From Gammaproteobacteria bacterium (GTDB taxonomy: Bacteria; Pseudomonadota; Gammaproteobacteria; Arenicellales; Arenicellaceae): a stretch of DNA of 64,000 nt. The stretch is taken from NCBI GenBank assembly GCA_017854775.1, contig JAFMHC010000001.1, positions 3,095 to 67,094 on the forward strand. The letters run 5' to 3'. Of this stretch, positions 30,901-40,668 are shown one piece after another (position 1 is the stretch's first letter; the number at the start of each line of letters is the position of its first letter). A program made the translations under genes and the position numbers. The notes below the pieces were generated by a model that ran no database searches, was not told the DNA's origin, and worked only from the letters and a program-made list of their open reading frames with translations.

Positions 30901-30980
30901 AGAGCCTTCAGCCCCAAGGAAGGAGCCCGGCGACTGTAATAAAGAGCCCTCAGTCCGAAGGAGCCCCGCGACTGAATAAA
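30901..30980. repeat. two imperfect ~40-bp direct repeats
   Basis: AGAGCCTTCAGCCCCAAGGAAGGAGCCCGGCGACTGTAATAA followed by AGAGCCCTCAGTCCGAAGGAGCCCCGCGACTGAATAAA. Confidence 0.7.
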
Positions 30981-30988
30981 AAGCACCC

Positions 30989-31756
30989 TTACCAGCTGAG
31001 GTCAGTACCTAACAAAAAGCCAGAACTTGAACCAAGCTCTTCTATGATCGGGTCTTCAAGATCCAAATTAAAGACACGATAACCGGCCTTAAATGACCAT
31101 GATGGTAACGGTTTATACAGAAGACCAGCCTCAATTTCATAACCGGTCGCTTCGCCATCTTGAAGTTCATCTTCTAGTTCGGGGAAATACGAGGTTAAGC
31201 CATAAACTTGTACGCTGCTAAAAACATCATAACGCCCACTTAGCGATACCTTTGGGCCACTAGCATCAAGTTGAGAGTCGATACTCATCTCTTGCCAACC
31301 TAAACCAAGCTCTAGGTTTGACTTGTCTTGGCTACCAAACAACCGATGCTTCACATCAAAATTAAAATAGCTGCTGTCTTTAGGTAAACCGAAAACATCG
31401 TTATTGTCGTTCTGCAAGAGCTTTGCGCTCACGCCCCAGTTGTTGGTCCAAATTTCACTTTTGCCGAGAAATGAGCTGTACTCGCCATCGCCAAATACCG
31501 ATACGTTGACATCATCGGATAACCACATTAGATTGGGCTTAGGATCAAGTGGGTCATCTCCGGCTTGTGCATGAGCTGCATCGCCATTGATCAATATCAA
31601 CGCTATAAAAAGGGCTGCAAAAAAATAACAAGACTGTACAAACACTGAGCGAGCAGAAGCTCGGGCGCTATCATTGCGCTCTGTATGTACCTCTACCTTG
31701 TACAAATTGTCCGCTTTAGAAACGCGGCTTTGCTTTTCTAATTTCATGATCTTCAT
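30989..31756 (-). CDS. putative outer-membrane beta-barrel protein
   Basis: Signal-like segment ending AHAQ; alternating aromatic beta-strands; terminal W. Start codon uncertain. Confidence 0.65.
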   Translation of the reverse strand: MKIMKLEKQSRVSKADNLYKVEVHTERNDSARASARSVFVQSCYFFAALFIALILINGDAAHAQAGDDPLDPKPNLMWLSDDVNVSVFGDGEYSSFLGKSEIWTNNWGVSAKLLQNDNNDVFGLPKDSSYFNFDVKHRLFGSQDKSNLELGLGWQEMSIDSQLDASGPKVSLSGRYDVFSSVQVYGLTSYFPELEDELQDGEATGYEIEAGLLYKPLPSWSFKAGYRVFNLDLEDPIIEELGSSSGFLLGTDLSW

Positions 31757-31990
31757 ATGACCAGTTTAGTTTTAATTATACTCTCTGAAAACAAGCGCCA
31801 CATATAATGTGTCTCTATCACTTGTTCTTCTAACCTATTGTTTACGTTTTAGTAAAACGCTAACAGTAAAATCAGTTATTCTTTTTTATTGTCAATAAGT
31901 ATAGCGCTAAAGTGTGTCAGTTTTATGGCAAATTTAGGGCAAAACCACAAATTTAATGTTTGAAATCGACTATAAAGAGCATTTTTCACT

Positions 31991-32380
31991 ATGAACTCAT
32001 CACTTGAACGCGTCAGAATCGATAAATGGCTGTGGGCCGCTCGTTTTTACAAAACCAGACAATTGGCCATTAAGGCGCTGAAAAATAGCCAAATCACCCT
32101 CCTCAATCAAAGCCTAAAACCGGCAACCAACATCAAAGTTGGTGATTTATTATCGATTAAACGAGGCCTACATAAGCTCGAGGTCGAAATTTTAGCTCTG
32201 AGTGAACAGCGAGGCTCAGCGACAATCGCACAAACTCTTTATCAAGAAACACCAGCGAGTATCGCCGACAATAAGGCCCTTAAGGAGCAACTAGCGGCAC
32301 AACCTAAAGTTGACATTGACCGGCGCAAACCCGACAAACGGGGAGTGCGGTCACATCGTGCGGTTAAACGCGGCGAATAG
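31991..32380 (+). CDS. hslR: ribosome-associated heat shock protein Hsp15 (S4 domain)
   Basis: VRIDKWLWAARFYKTR, LYQET and RKPDKR motifs. Confidence 0.95.
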   Translation: MNSSLERVRIDKWLWAARFYKTRQLAIKALKNSQITLLNQSLKPATNIKVGDLLSIKRGLHKLEVEILALSEQRGSATIAQTLYQETPASIADNKALKEQLAAQPKVDIDRRKPDKRGVRSHRAVKRGE

Positions 32381-32392
32381 CCTACGACAATC

Positions 32393-33010
32393 TTAGCGCT
32401 CGATCATCTCAGACATGGCAGCATCAATCTCATTCCTCAATTGCGGGTAACTGGTGGCCACCGGAAATTGAGGAAACTCTTCAATTACTTTCTGCGGCGG
32501 GCAAAACAAGATGCCTTGCTCAGCTTGCCCCAGCATTGTGGTGTCGTTATACGAATCACCCGCAGCGACCACGTTGAAATTTAGTTGCTGCAAGCGTTTT
32601 ACTGTCTCGCGCTTATGATCAGGCATACGAAGCTTGTAATTGTTGATACGCCCTTGATCATCGATAATCAATTGATGACAAAAAATAGTCGGCCAATCAA
32701 GCTGCCGCATCATCGGCTCAGCAAATTCTTGGAACGTGTCAGATAGAATGATCAGCTGATAATCGGCTCGCAATTGATCGCTAAACTCCTTAGCCCCCGC
32801 TAATGGCGACAAGGTATCGATTACCGCTTGAATATCGTCAATTCTAAAGTCATGCTTATTGCAAAGGTCCAAACGAAAGCGCATTAGCTGATCGTAATCG
32901 GGAATATCCCGAGTGGTCGCCTTAAGTTCTTCGACACCTACTTTTTCTGCAAAGTTGATCCAAATTTCAGGAATTAAGACGCCTTCTAGATCTAAGCAAA
33001 CAATATTCAT
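32393..33010 (-). CDS. thrH: phosphoserine phosphatase / homoserine phosphotransferase
   Basis: CLDLEGVLIPEIW, TTRDIPDYD and AAGDSYNDTTML motifs. Confidence 0.95.
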   Translation of the reverse strand: MNIVCLDLEGVLIPEIWINFAEKVGVEELKATTRDIPDYDQLMRFRLDLCNKHDFRIDDIQAVIDTLSPLAGAKEFSDQLRADYQLIILSDTFQEFAEPMMRQLDWPTIFCHQLIIDDQGRINNYKLRMPDHKRETVKRLQQLNFNVVAAGDSYNDTTMLGQAEQGILFCPPQKVIEEFPQFPVATSYPQLRNEIDAAMSEMIER

Positions 33011-33063
33011 TTTGAAGCACAAGTTTAGTTAAGTTTTTGCACGATAAAGGCTATGGCCCTAGG

Positions 33064-33122
33064 TTTCAACTACTTTTGGTTTCAACTACTTTACTTTCAA
33101 CTACTTTAGTTTCAAGCACTTT
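33064..33122. repeat. 4x TTTCAACTACTTT direct repeat
   Basis: Copies start at 33064, 33080, 33095 and 33110 (the last reads TTTCAAGCACTTT). Confidence 0.9.
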
Positions 33123-33154
33123 TAACCACAGGACTAACGTGACAGAATCCGCGC

Positions 33155-34309
33155 ATGAAAGACATTCCACTTAGCCTCTACATCCACGTGCCTTGGTGCG
33201 AGAAAAAATGCCCTTATTGCGATTTCAATTCGCACATGGCTAAAGCCGAGGTCGATGAGCGCGGCTATATACGAGAGCTGCTAAAAGACCTAGATAATGA
33301 TATTGAAAAATACGCCGAGGTTATCACCGAGCGAGCAATTCAAACTGTTTTCATTGGCGGCGGCACACCCTCGCTATTCAGTGCCGCGAGCTACCAACTA
33401 TTATTTGATGGGCTAAGAGCCAGACTAAACTTTAGCAGCGCAGTAGAAGTTACCCTCGAAGCCAACCCAGGTAGCAGTGAAGCCGAAAAATTCAACGGCT
33501 TCCGAGAGGCTGGCATCAATCGGCTATCAATCGGCGTGCAGAGCTTCGAGCAAACTCATTTATCGGCTTTGGGCCGAGTGCATAGCTCACAAGAAGCGCT
33601 AAACGCGGCCCACTATGCCCGCCAGGCGGGGTTCGACAATTTCAACTTAGATTTGATGTTTGGCCTACCTCAGCAAAATTTACAACAGAGCTTAGCTGAT
33701 ATTCAGCAAGCATTAGAGCTGTCACCAACGCATCTGTCCTGCTACCAGCTTACGATTGAACCAAACACCCTATTTCACCATAACCCTCCGATCACTCCAG
33801 GAGATGAATTGCTATGGGATATGCAAGAGCAGTTACAAGCTGAGCTGGCCAGCAAAGGCTATTCTCAATATGAGGTCTCGGCTTACTCGAAAACGAACAG
33901 ACAATGCCAACACAATCTGAATTATTGGCAATTCGGCGATTATCTCGGCATTGGCGCTGGCGCGCATGGCAAGCTAACGCTCGAAAACGACTCGGTATCA
34001 CGCGCTTGGAAAATAAAACATCCGAACACCTACATCGCCAGAGATAACAAAATAGGCGCAAGCGAAACAGTCGCTACTCAGCAACTGCCGTTTGAGTTCA
34101 TGATGAACGCCTTGCGCTTGAACGAAGGCTTTGAGATAGAGACCTTTACCTCGCGATGCAAACTAAGCCAGCAGACCATTCAACCTTTACTAGACAAGCA
34201 CCAGTCCGAGGGACTCATCGAGGTTAGCCCAAAAAGAATTCGCCCAACCAACTTCGGCCACAACATGCTAAACAATATGCTGGAAGACTATTTGTCTCTA
34301 GGCGAGTAA
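33155..34309 (+). CDS. hemW: radical SAM heme chaperone HemW
   Basis: LYIHVPWCEKKCPYCDFNS, FIGGGTPS and HNLNYWQFGDYLGIGAGAHGK motifs. Confidence 0.93.
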   Translation: MKDIPLSLYIHVPWCEKKCPYCDFNSHMAKAEVDERGYIRELLKDLDNDIEKYAEVITERAIQTVFIGGGTPSLFSAASYQLLFDGLRARLNFSSAVEVTLEANPGSSEAEKFNGFREAGINRLSIGVQSFEQTHLSALGRVHSSQEALNAAHYARQAGFDNFNLDLMFGLPQQNLQQSLADIQQALELSPTHLSCYQLTIEPNTLFHHNPPITPGDELLWDMQEQLQAELASKGYSQYEVSAYSKTNRQCQHNLNYWQFGDYLGIGAGAHGKLTLENDSVSRAWKIKHPNTYIARDNKIGASETVATQQLPFEFMMNALRLNEGFEIETFTSRCKLSQQTIQPLLDKHQSEGLIEVSPKRIRPTNFGHNMLNNMLEDYLSLGE

Positions 34310-34345
34310 ACCGACGCCGCTAAACCACTATGATTAAAGCACTAG

Positions 34346-34413
34346 GATTAAACGGCTGGAGCCAATGGGGATTAAACGGTTGGGGCAAATGGGGCTAAAT
34401 AGCTGGAGCAAAG
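34346..34413. repeat. 3x ~24-bp degenerate tandem repeat
   Basis: GATTAAACGGCTGGAGCCAATGGG / GATTAAACGGTTGGGGCAAATGGG / GCTAAATAGCTGGAGCAAAG. Confidence 0.8.
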
Positions 34414-34415
34414 AA

Positions 34416-35204
34416 CTAGTCTGGCACGCTCACCTTACCGGCAACGTCTTTATGCTCAATGCCGCCCGACGAGTCTTCTAAGACGGTAAATTCTCCGCCA
34501 ACTTTATTCACATTAATAGAACCACTGCTGTCACTTCGCACTAATACGCTGCCCTTTATATACTCAGCGCTGATGCTTCCCGAGCTATCAACCTCGACGG
34601 TAAAGTTGCCGGCAACATAGCTTGTCGCAATAGAACCCGAGCTGTCAGTTACCGACACGTCGCCGTTTACTCGATTAATTCGCAAAGACCCAGAAGAATC
34701 CTCAACAGTCACATTACCGTCAATATCTTCGATGACGAGCTCGCCAGATGAATCAACCATCACCAGTGAAGCCGCTCGCACCACACTCGCCTTGCCGCTG
34801 CTGTCGGTGACGTCGAGCTTAGCGTTGACCGGCACGTGTAAGGTTAAATCAATATAGGCGCCATCACTATCAGTACCCCAGAGCATGCCCTCGGCAAACT
34901 TGGTTTTTACGTAGGTGATATCGCTCTTTAGCTCAGAGCTAACATCCATATCTGCCAACTGAGACTCACGCTCAGCGCATAACTTGGCTTCAATCAAAAC
35001 AGTTTTTCTATCCGCATCGCCGACTATTTCGAGCTTGCCGGCCCCCGCCACAATCGTTAATAAGGACGAATCGCTTAAGCTAAGTTCGCGCTTGATATCA
35101 CGAGTAAATTCACAATCATCTCCCCACGCCAATGCCGACGAAGAAATTACAAATGGCGACACCAATATCGATGCTACCGCCAAGCCTACTAATAAATTTT
35201 TCAT
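34416..35204 (-). CDS. second DUF4097-like beta-repeat exported protein
   Basis: Signal peptide; many DSSG(S/E)(I/L) repeat units. Confidence 0.85.
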   Translation of the reverse strand: MKNLLVGLAVASILVSPFVISSSALAWGDDCEFTRDIKRELSLSDSSLLTIVAGAGKLEIVGDADRKTVLIEAKLCAERESQLADMDVSSELKSDITYVKTKFAEGMLWGTDSDGAYIDLTLHVPVNAKLDVTDSSGKASVVRAASLVMVDSSGELVIEDIDGNVTVEDSSGSLRINRVNGDVSVTDSSGSIATSYVAGNFTVEVDSSGSISAEYIKGSVLVRSDSSGSINVNKVGGEFTVLEDSSGGIEHKDVAGKVSVPD

Positions 35205-35236
35205 TATTTACTCCAATTATTTAAATCACTAGCTAG

Positions 35237-35266
35237 TTAGATGCATTTTTTTTGATTTTGGATTCC
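35237..35266 (-). promoter_or_regulatory. putative ECF sigma promoter
   Basis: Minus strand GGAATCC-N16-CATCTAA; same -10 and spacing as 5770-5799. Confidence 0.55.
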
Positions 35267-35340
35267 ATTAATCTGCTTATTTTTATCGAATGCTCAACGT
35301 CGATGACATTTCGGTGGCTACATCATGATAATCTCACGCC

Positions 35341-35763
35341 ATGCTATGGATAAAATCTTTACACATTATCGCGGTCATCTGCTGGATGGCTGGAATCTTT
35401 TACCTGCCTCGCCTCTTTGTTTATCACGCGATGTCAGAAGACACTATTAGTAAAGAGCGCTTTAAAGTCATGGAACGCAAACTTTACAACGGCATAATGA
35501 CACCCTCGATGGTGGCGTCAATTATATTTGGCGCTTGGCTCTGGATTGGCTGGGGCTTCAGCGGTGGCTGGTTATACGCCAAACTCGCACTGGTATTGGC
35601 CTTGGTAACTTACCATTTATGGTGCGGGTCAACCATCAAAAAATTTGCCCGAGACGATATTCGGCATGGCCATGTTTTCTATCGCTGGCTTAACGAAGCA
35701 CCGATATTGCTGCTGGTCGGCATTGTTATTTTGGTCGTCGTTAAGCCAGATTTAGGCATTTAA
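35341..35763 (+). CDS. hemJ: protoporphyrinogen oxidase HemJ
   Basis: WIKSLHII...WMAGIFYLPRLFVYH, MERKL and RWLNEAP motifs. Confidence 0.95.
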   Translation: MLWIKSLHIIAVICWMAGIFYLPRLFVYHAMSEDTISKERFKVMERKLYNGIMTPSMVASIIFGAWLWIGWGFSGGWLYAKLALVLALVTYHLWCGSTIKKFARDDIRHGHVFYRWLNEAPILLLVGIVILVVVKPDLGI

Positions 35764-35795
35764 TTTTTAAAATAAGCGCATGCCGTAACAGCTTA

Positions 35796-36347
35796 CTAAT
35801 CGTCGGCCGAATAGGGATCTTCGGCTAACAGATAAGCGATCACTTCTGATCGGTTGCTCATGCTATCCATCATACTTTTGAATTCTTTGATCTTTTCATA
35901 GCGATCGCCAAATTTACGTTCATACAACTCGTGCATTACCTCAGCAGTCGCCGCATCTAAGATCTCATGTTGCCAGTGATCAGTGAAAATCTCACTCAAC
36001 TTAGATGCTAAGCCCTTCTCTTTGAGCAAATTCCACTCGCCTTTATCCAGCCAAACGGCATTCACTGTCGGGCTCAGATCCAATCGGTGCTGAGTGTCAG
36101 CAGAAATACGATATTTTGTCATCAAACGCTTACTTAGAGGGCAAATCATCGCTCTTGAGGTGTCTTCTGAAATCACCTCAACCTCAGCGCTAACCGGAAA
36201 TTCTGATTCTGGGTGCTGCTCCTGCCAGTGCTTAAAATCACGCAATAAAATCAGCTCACCAGCGCAATTTGAGCACGACTGACAAGCAAATAAATCATCG
36301 AAGTAAGAAGACTCTAGTCGTCCGGTTCCGCAAGATGGGCATTTCAT
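35796..36347 (-). CDS. zf-TFIIB-like zinc ribbon protein
   Basis: MKCPSC...CSNC, then a second degenerate ribbon (CPLSKRLM...VWLDKGEW). Confidence 0.8.
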   Translation of the reverse strand: MKCPSCGTGRLESSYFDDLFACQSCSNCAGELILLRDFKHWQEQHPESEFPVSAEVEVISEDTSRAMICPLSKRLMTKYRISADTQHRLDLSPTVNAVWLDKGEWNLLKEKGLASKLSEIFTDHWQHEILDAATAEVMHELYERKFGDRYEKIKEFKSMMDSMSNRSEVIAYLLAEDPYSADD

Positions 36348-36403
36348 AATAATTTACCTTTTGTTGATGAGTTTTAAACCTACAATTACTTTAGCATGAA
36401 ATA

Positions 36404-36459
36404 TTACATGTAACAATTCTTGACAAACTTACATGTAATAATTTATAGTCTCTTACATG
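36404..36459 (+). promoter_or_regulatory. sigma70 promoter overlapped by three TTACATG(TAA) operators
   Basis: TTACATGTAA at 36404 and 36429, TTACATG at 36453 (includes the ATG); TTGACA at 36420 and TATAGT at 36444. Confidence 0.8.
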
Positions 36460-37113
36460 ACGAAAAAATCATCAGCAGAATACCAGCGAGAGTATCGCAA
36501 GAGATTGCGGGAGCAGGGCCTGGTCAAAAAAGAGGTTTGGGTGTTGCCAGAGAACGGCAAATCACTCGCAAGCATCGAGAAAGAACTACGCAAGCCAACG
36601 CAACGGTCTATGGCCTTAGAAACTGGAACAGGAGGAATTGATATGAATGCAACTTTAAATGCAACTAATGTTAACGATAAGTCGGCCCACAGATGGACGA
36701 CCGAAAGCCTTTTTGGCGCACTCAAAGAGCGCCCCGCTTTCAATAACGATAGCTGCTCAATCGAAATAATTGACGGCATAGATTCAATCATAGTTGTATC
36801 TATGCACAACTATGGCGATTTACCCATTTTCGTCACCGCCGGTGGTGATCAAATCTTAGCCGAAGCCGTGTTGTTTTCACTCGATGAAGTAAAAGACACC
36901 GCCAAATTTAATGAATACGTATTACGAACACACAAGTATTTACCATTGTCGACCATCAGCCTCGAAACTGACATCACACATGGCGATTACTACTATATGT
37001 TCGGCGCCTTAAGCGCATCGTCCAGTGTTAATCAGGTTGTGGTGGAAATAGAAACCCTAGCTGAAAACACGATTCAAGCAACCGAGGCGTTTCAAACGTT
37101 TCTCAAAGAATAG
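36457..37113 (+). CDS. YjfI/DUF2170-family protein with N-terminal basic putative DNA-binding extension
   Basis: C-terminal LPIFVTAGGDQILAEAVLF...LPLST...YYMFGALSASS is DUF2170-like; N-terminus AEYQREYRKRLREQGLVKKEVWV. Confidence 0.8.
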   Translation: MTKKSSAEYQREYRKRLREQGLVKKEVWVLPENGKSLASIEKELRKPTQRSMALETGTGGIDMNATLNATNVNDKSAHRWTTESLFGALKERPAFNNDSCSIEIIDGIDSIIVVSMHNYGDLPIFVTAGGDQILAEAVLFSLDEVKDTAKFNEYVLRTHKYLPLSTISLETDITHGDYYYMFGALSASSSVNQVVVEIETLAENTIQATEAFQTFLKE

Positions 37114-37162
37114 CCCGCCTGTCTCAACTAACAATTTTAAGTAAACTAAATCGGAGTAAAAA

Positions 37163-37855
37163 ATGAACATTTGGTCAAAAATGATTACCGCACTACGTGG
37201 CGGCGCAAACGAAGCCGGTGAAGCAATTGTCGATGCGCAAGCATTGCGAATTCTTGACCAAGAAATCAGAGACGCGTCAGAAGAATTAAACAAGTCTAAG
37301 GACGGCCTCGCTTCGTTAATAGCACAGCAAAAACTGGCTGAAGAGAAAGCCTCTTCACTAAAAACTGAGATCAAGAAGAACGAAGGCTTTATTCTTGCCG
37401 CGCTCGAGAAGAAAGACGAATCGCTAGCCGGCGAACTGGCCACACGAGTAGCCAACTTTGAGAACAGTCTTGAGAGCGAAGCCGAGGCGGCCAAAAACTT
37501 TAAAGAACAAGCTGAAACCTTGCGTAATTCAATCCGTACTGCTGAACATCAAATAAAGCAATTGAAGCAACAAACTGAAACTGTTAAGGCAACCGAAGCA
37601 GTGCAACGTGCCCAACAAGTGGTGGCTCAACGCCATAACGGCAGCAGCTCTAAGCTTAGAACAGCGGTGGATTCGCTTGATCGAATTCAAGAGAAGCAAA
37701 AGCTTGCATCCGCGAAGATGAGTGCCGCCGCTGAAATTGCCGCTGACTCAAACGAGACCTCGCTTGATCAAAAGCTACGCGACGCGGGCATTACTGGCAG
37801 CAGTAGCTCTGATGACGTTCTGGCTCGAATGAAGGCGAAGGCTAAAAAGAAGTAG
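37163..37855 (+). CDS. PspA/IM30 family protein (YjfJ-like)
   Basis: MNIWSKMITALRGGANEAGEAIVDAQALRILDQEIRDA; C-terminal LDQKLRDAGI. Confidence 0.92.
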   Translation: MNIWSKMITALRGGANEAGEAIVDAQALRILDQEIRDASEELNKSKDGLASLIAQQKLAEEKASSLKTEIKKNEGFILAALEKKDESLAGELATRVANFENSLESEAEAAKNFKEQAETLRNSIRTAEHQIKQLKQQTETVKATEAVQRAQQVVAQRHNGSSSKLRTAVDSLDRIQEKQKLASAKMSAAAEIAADSNETSLDQKLRDAGITGSSSSDDVLARMKAKAKKK

Positions 37856-38048
37856 TTTTGGGCTTTTGAGATATACGCGAGCCATCTCAAAACAAAAAAC
37901 TAGCATAGCTTTCCAAACACTTGTTACTATCAACGCCGGGGTAGAACAAATCAAGCATCAGAACTTTAGTGCCGCGCTGCTTGGAAAGCTAGCGAAATAA
38001 CAATAAGTGGTAGTAAGCCACTACTCAACAACAAATACGGAGTCGCCG

Positions 38049-38726
38049 ATGTTCGCAATTTTTCTTCATGAGAGCATGAATCCATTTCACCAAACGGTAA
38101 CGTCGTTTCCAACGGTGATCTATACGGTGCTGCTGATTGTTTGTTCGTTGTACTGGGTAGTAGCGGCATTAGGTTTGGTCGATCTTGAAATTTTGGATTT
38201 AGACATGGACGGTGACATTGATGCCGCTGATTCAGTCGAAGCTCAAAACGGCATAGCTGGGGTATTGCTCAAGCTTGGCCTCAACGGGGTGCCATTGACG
38301 ATAGTACTGACTATCATTGCGATAATCGGTTGGATTGCTTGCTACTACGCAATCTATTTTGGCGGCGCATTAATCCCCAATTTTTGGCCGCTTGAACTCG
38401 CCTATGAATTAGTAATATTCGTCGCTGTAACTTACCTAACTATTTTGCTGACCGCACAGGTCATCAAGCCCATTCGCACTCTATTTCAAAAGCTCGAGCG
38501 CGACGAGACTAAGCATATCGTTGGCCAGGTTATCATCGTCAGGTCTGGCGTGGTAAACAAGGATCGTGGCGAAGGCTTGATGAATGATGGCGGTGCCGGT
38601 TTGCTATTGCAGATTCGGTCAACCGGTGAACAAGAGTTTGTAAAAGGCGACGAAGTGGTCGTGATAGAAGAAAACAAAGAAAGAAACTTATTTCGTGTAA
38701 TTGCAAAATCTGAATTTAGCGATTAA
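38049..38726 (+). CDS. YqiJ/NfeD-like membrane protein with C-terminal OB fold
   Basis: Four TM segments, LGLNGVPLTI, and C-terminal GAGLLLQIR...KGDEVVVIE; GGAG ribosome-binding site before 38049. Confidence 0.82.
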   Translation: MFAIFLHESMNPFHQTVTSFPTVIYTVLLIVCSLYWVVAALGLVDLEILDLDMDGDIDAADSVEAQNGIAGVLLKLGLNGVPLTIVLTIIAIIGWIACYYAIYFGGALIPNFWPLELAYELVIFVAVTYLTILLTAQVIKPIRTLFQKLERDETKHIVGQVIIVRSGVVNKDRGEGLMNDGGAGLLLQIRSTGEQEFVKGDEVVVIEENKERNLFRVIAKSEFSD

Positions 38727-38765
38727 CACACAAAATTAATATTAACGATAAGAAGGAGTTAAATA

Positions 38766-40652
38766 ATGGCTGATTTATCAGGGTATATGCCACTAATCAT
38801 TGTCACCGCGTTGTTGCTATTTTTCATAACCGGCTTAGCGATGCTGCTGAAAAAGTTCTACAATAAAGTAGCTCAAGGAACCGCTTTGATCATAAATACC
38901 ACACGATCAAAGCCCAAAGTGACCTTTACTGGTGGCTGGGTATTTCCGATTATCCATATGAAGGAATTGATGAAGATTTCATTGATTACTTTAGAGGTTG
39001 ATCGGCGTGGAAAAGACGGCTTAATCTGTCAAGACAACATGCGTGCAGACATCACCGTTGCTTTCTATCTTCGAGTCAACGAGACAGAGGAAGATGTATT
39101 ACGTGTGGCAAAAGCGGTGGGGACACAAAGAGCATCAGATACCCAAGCTGTGTACACATTATTTGCTGCGAAATTCTCAGAAGCACTGAAGACGGTCGGT
39201 AAGACATTAGAATTCGAACAGCTTTTCGAAGATCGTCAACGCTTTCGTGACGCGATTGTTGATGCAATTGGCAGCGACCTCAATGGCTACTCGCTTGAAG
39301 ACGTAGCAATTGATTACCTAGAACAAACTCCAAAGTCTGCGCTTGATCCAAATAATATCTTGGATTCGCAAGGTATCAAAAAGATCACCGAGCTAACCGC
39401 AACGCAAAACATTCAAACCAACATCTTCGAGAAAGACGAAGAGCTGGCGATAACCAAAAAGAACGTAGAAGCGCGTGAGGCAATGTTAGAACTTGAGCGC
39501 CAACAAGCCGATGCCGAAGCCAAACAAGCACGTGAAGTAGCGACTGTTATTGCTCGTGAAGAAGCTGAGACGTTGAAAATTCAAGAAGAAGAACGTTTAA
39601 AATCAGAAACCGCCTCTATTGAAGTAATACGCGACTTAGCGATTCAAACTGAGAATCAACAACGTGAAATCGAAATTGCTAACGAAAATCGCCAGCGTGC
39701 GGTGGCAATTGAAACTGAGAAAGTAGAACGCACCAAACGTATGGAACGTGTTCACAGTGATCGCGAAGTTGAGCTAACCAGCATTGAAGCCGAGAAAGAC
39801 ATCGAGCGCGAAAAGAAAAACATCGCCGATATTATCCGCGAACGCGTCGTGGTCGATAAAAGTGTGGCGATAGAAGAAGAAAAAATTAACGAAGTACGTG
39901 AAGTCTCCGAAGCCGATCGCGCTAAGCAAGTGCAGGTTAAAGCGGCCGAGGGTGATGCCGAAGAGAAGAAGGTTCGCGAAGTTAAAGCCGCTGAAGCCTT
40001 AGAGCTCGCTGCTAAACATAAGGCGGTTGAAATCACCACCCTCGCCGAAGCCAACCTAGAAGCCTCTGAGAAAGACGCCGCAGCCAAAATTAAACTGGCT
40101 GAAGGTGTTCGCCACGAAGAAGCCGCGAGCGGCTTAGCCCAAGCCGAAGTGGTTCGCGCAACTGGCGAATCGGAAGCCAAGGTTGTTCGCGATAAAGGCC
40201 AAGCTGAAGCCGACGTGATTCGCGTAAAAGGTGAATCGGAAGCATCAGCCACCTTAAGCGTAGGCCGCTCAACAGCCGACATTACACTGGCTCAATTCAA
40301 AGCCGAAGCCGAAGGCTTAACCGAGAAGTTCGAAGCCATGAATGCAATGAGCGTTGACGCTCGCTCGCATGAAGAGTTCCGCATGACTCTAGAAACAGCC
40401 TTGAAAGAGAGCTTAGCCACGATCGATGCTGGTAAAGAAATCTCCAAAGAAAATGCCGAGGTTCTTGGCACCGCATTACGTGAAGCTAAGATCGATATTG
40501 TTGGCGGTGAAGAGCACTTCTTCGATACTTTTGCCAAGTCACTATCAATGGGTAAGGCGATTGACGGACTAGCCAATAAGAGTGACACCATTCAGTCATT
40601 GCTAGGTCAAATTTCTAACTTTATGCCAAAGCCCGAAAACGACCCAAAATAG
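38766..40652 (+). CDS. flotillin-like SPFH protein (YqiK-like)
   Basis: N-terminal TM, GLICQDNMRADITVAFYLRV, DVAIDYLEQT and a long EA-rich coiled coil. Confidence 0.92.
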   Translation: MADLSGYMPLIIVTALLLFFITGLAMLLKKFYNKVAQGTALIINTTRSKPKVTFTGGWVFPIIHMKELMKISLITLEVDRRGKDGLICQDNMRADITVAFYLRVNETEEDVLRVAKAVGTQRASDTQAVYTLFAAKFSEALKTVGKTLEFEQLFEDRQRFRDAIVDAIGSDLNGYSLEDVAIDYLEQTPKSALDPNNILDSQGIKKITELTATQNIQTNIFEKDEELAITKKNVEAREAMLELERQQADAEAKQAREVATVIAREEAETLKIQEEERLKSETASIEVIRDLAIQTENQQREIEIANENRQRAVAIETEKVERTKRMERVHSDREVELTSIEAEKDIEREKKNIADIIRERVVVDKSVAIEEEKINEVREVSEADRAKQVQVKAAEGDAEEKKVREVKAAEALELAAKHKAVEITTLAEANLEASEKDAAAKIKLAEGVRHEEAASGLAQAEVVRATGESEAKVVRDKGQAEADVIRVKGESEASATLSVGRSTADITLAQFKAEAEGLTEKFEAMNAMSVDARSHEEFRMTLETALKESLATIDAGKEISKENAEVLGTALREAKIDIVGGEEHFFDTFAKSLSMGKAIDGLANKSDTIQSLLGQISNFMPKPENDPK

Positions 40653-40668
40653 GCTGCTCGAAAGCGAG

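Noticed and set aside
30901-34413. Short repeat clusters (30901, 33064, 34346) as possible CRISPR arrays
   Set aside because: They have only 2-4 degenerate copies, no unique spacers of 25-45 bp and no cas genes nearby.
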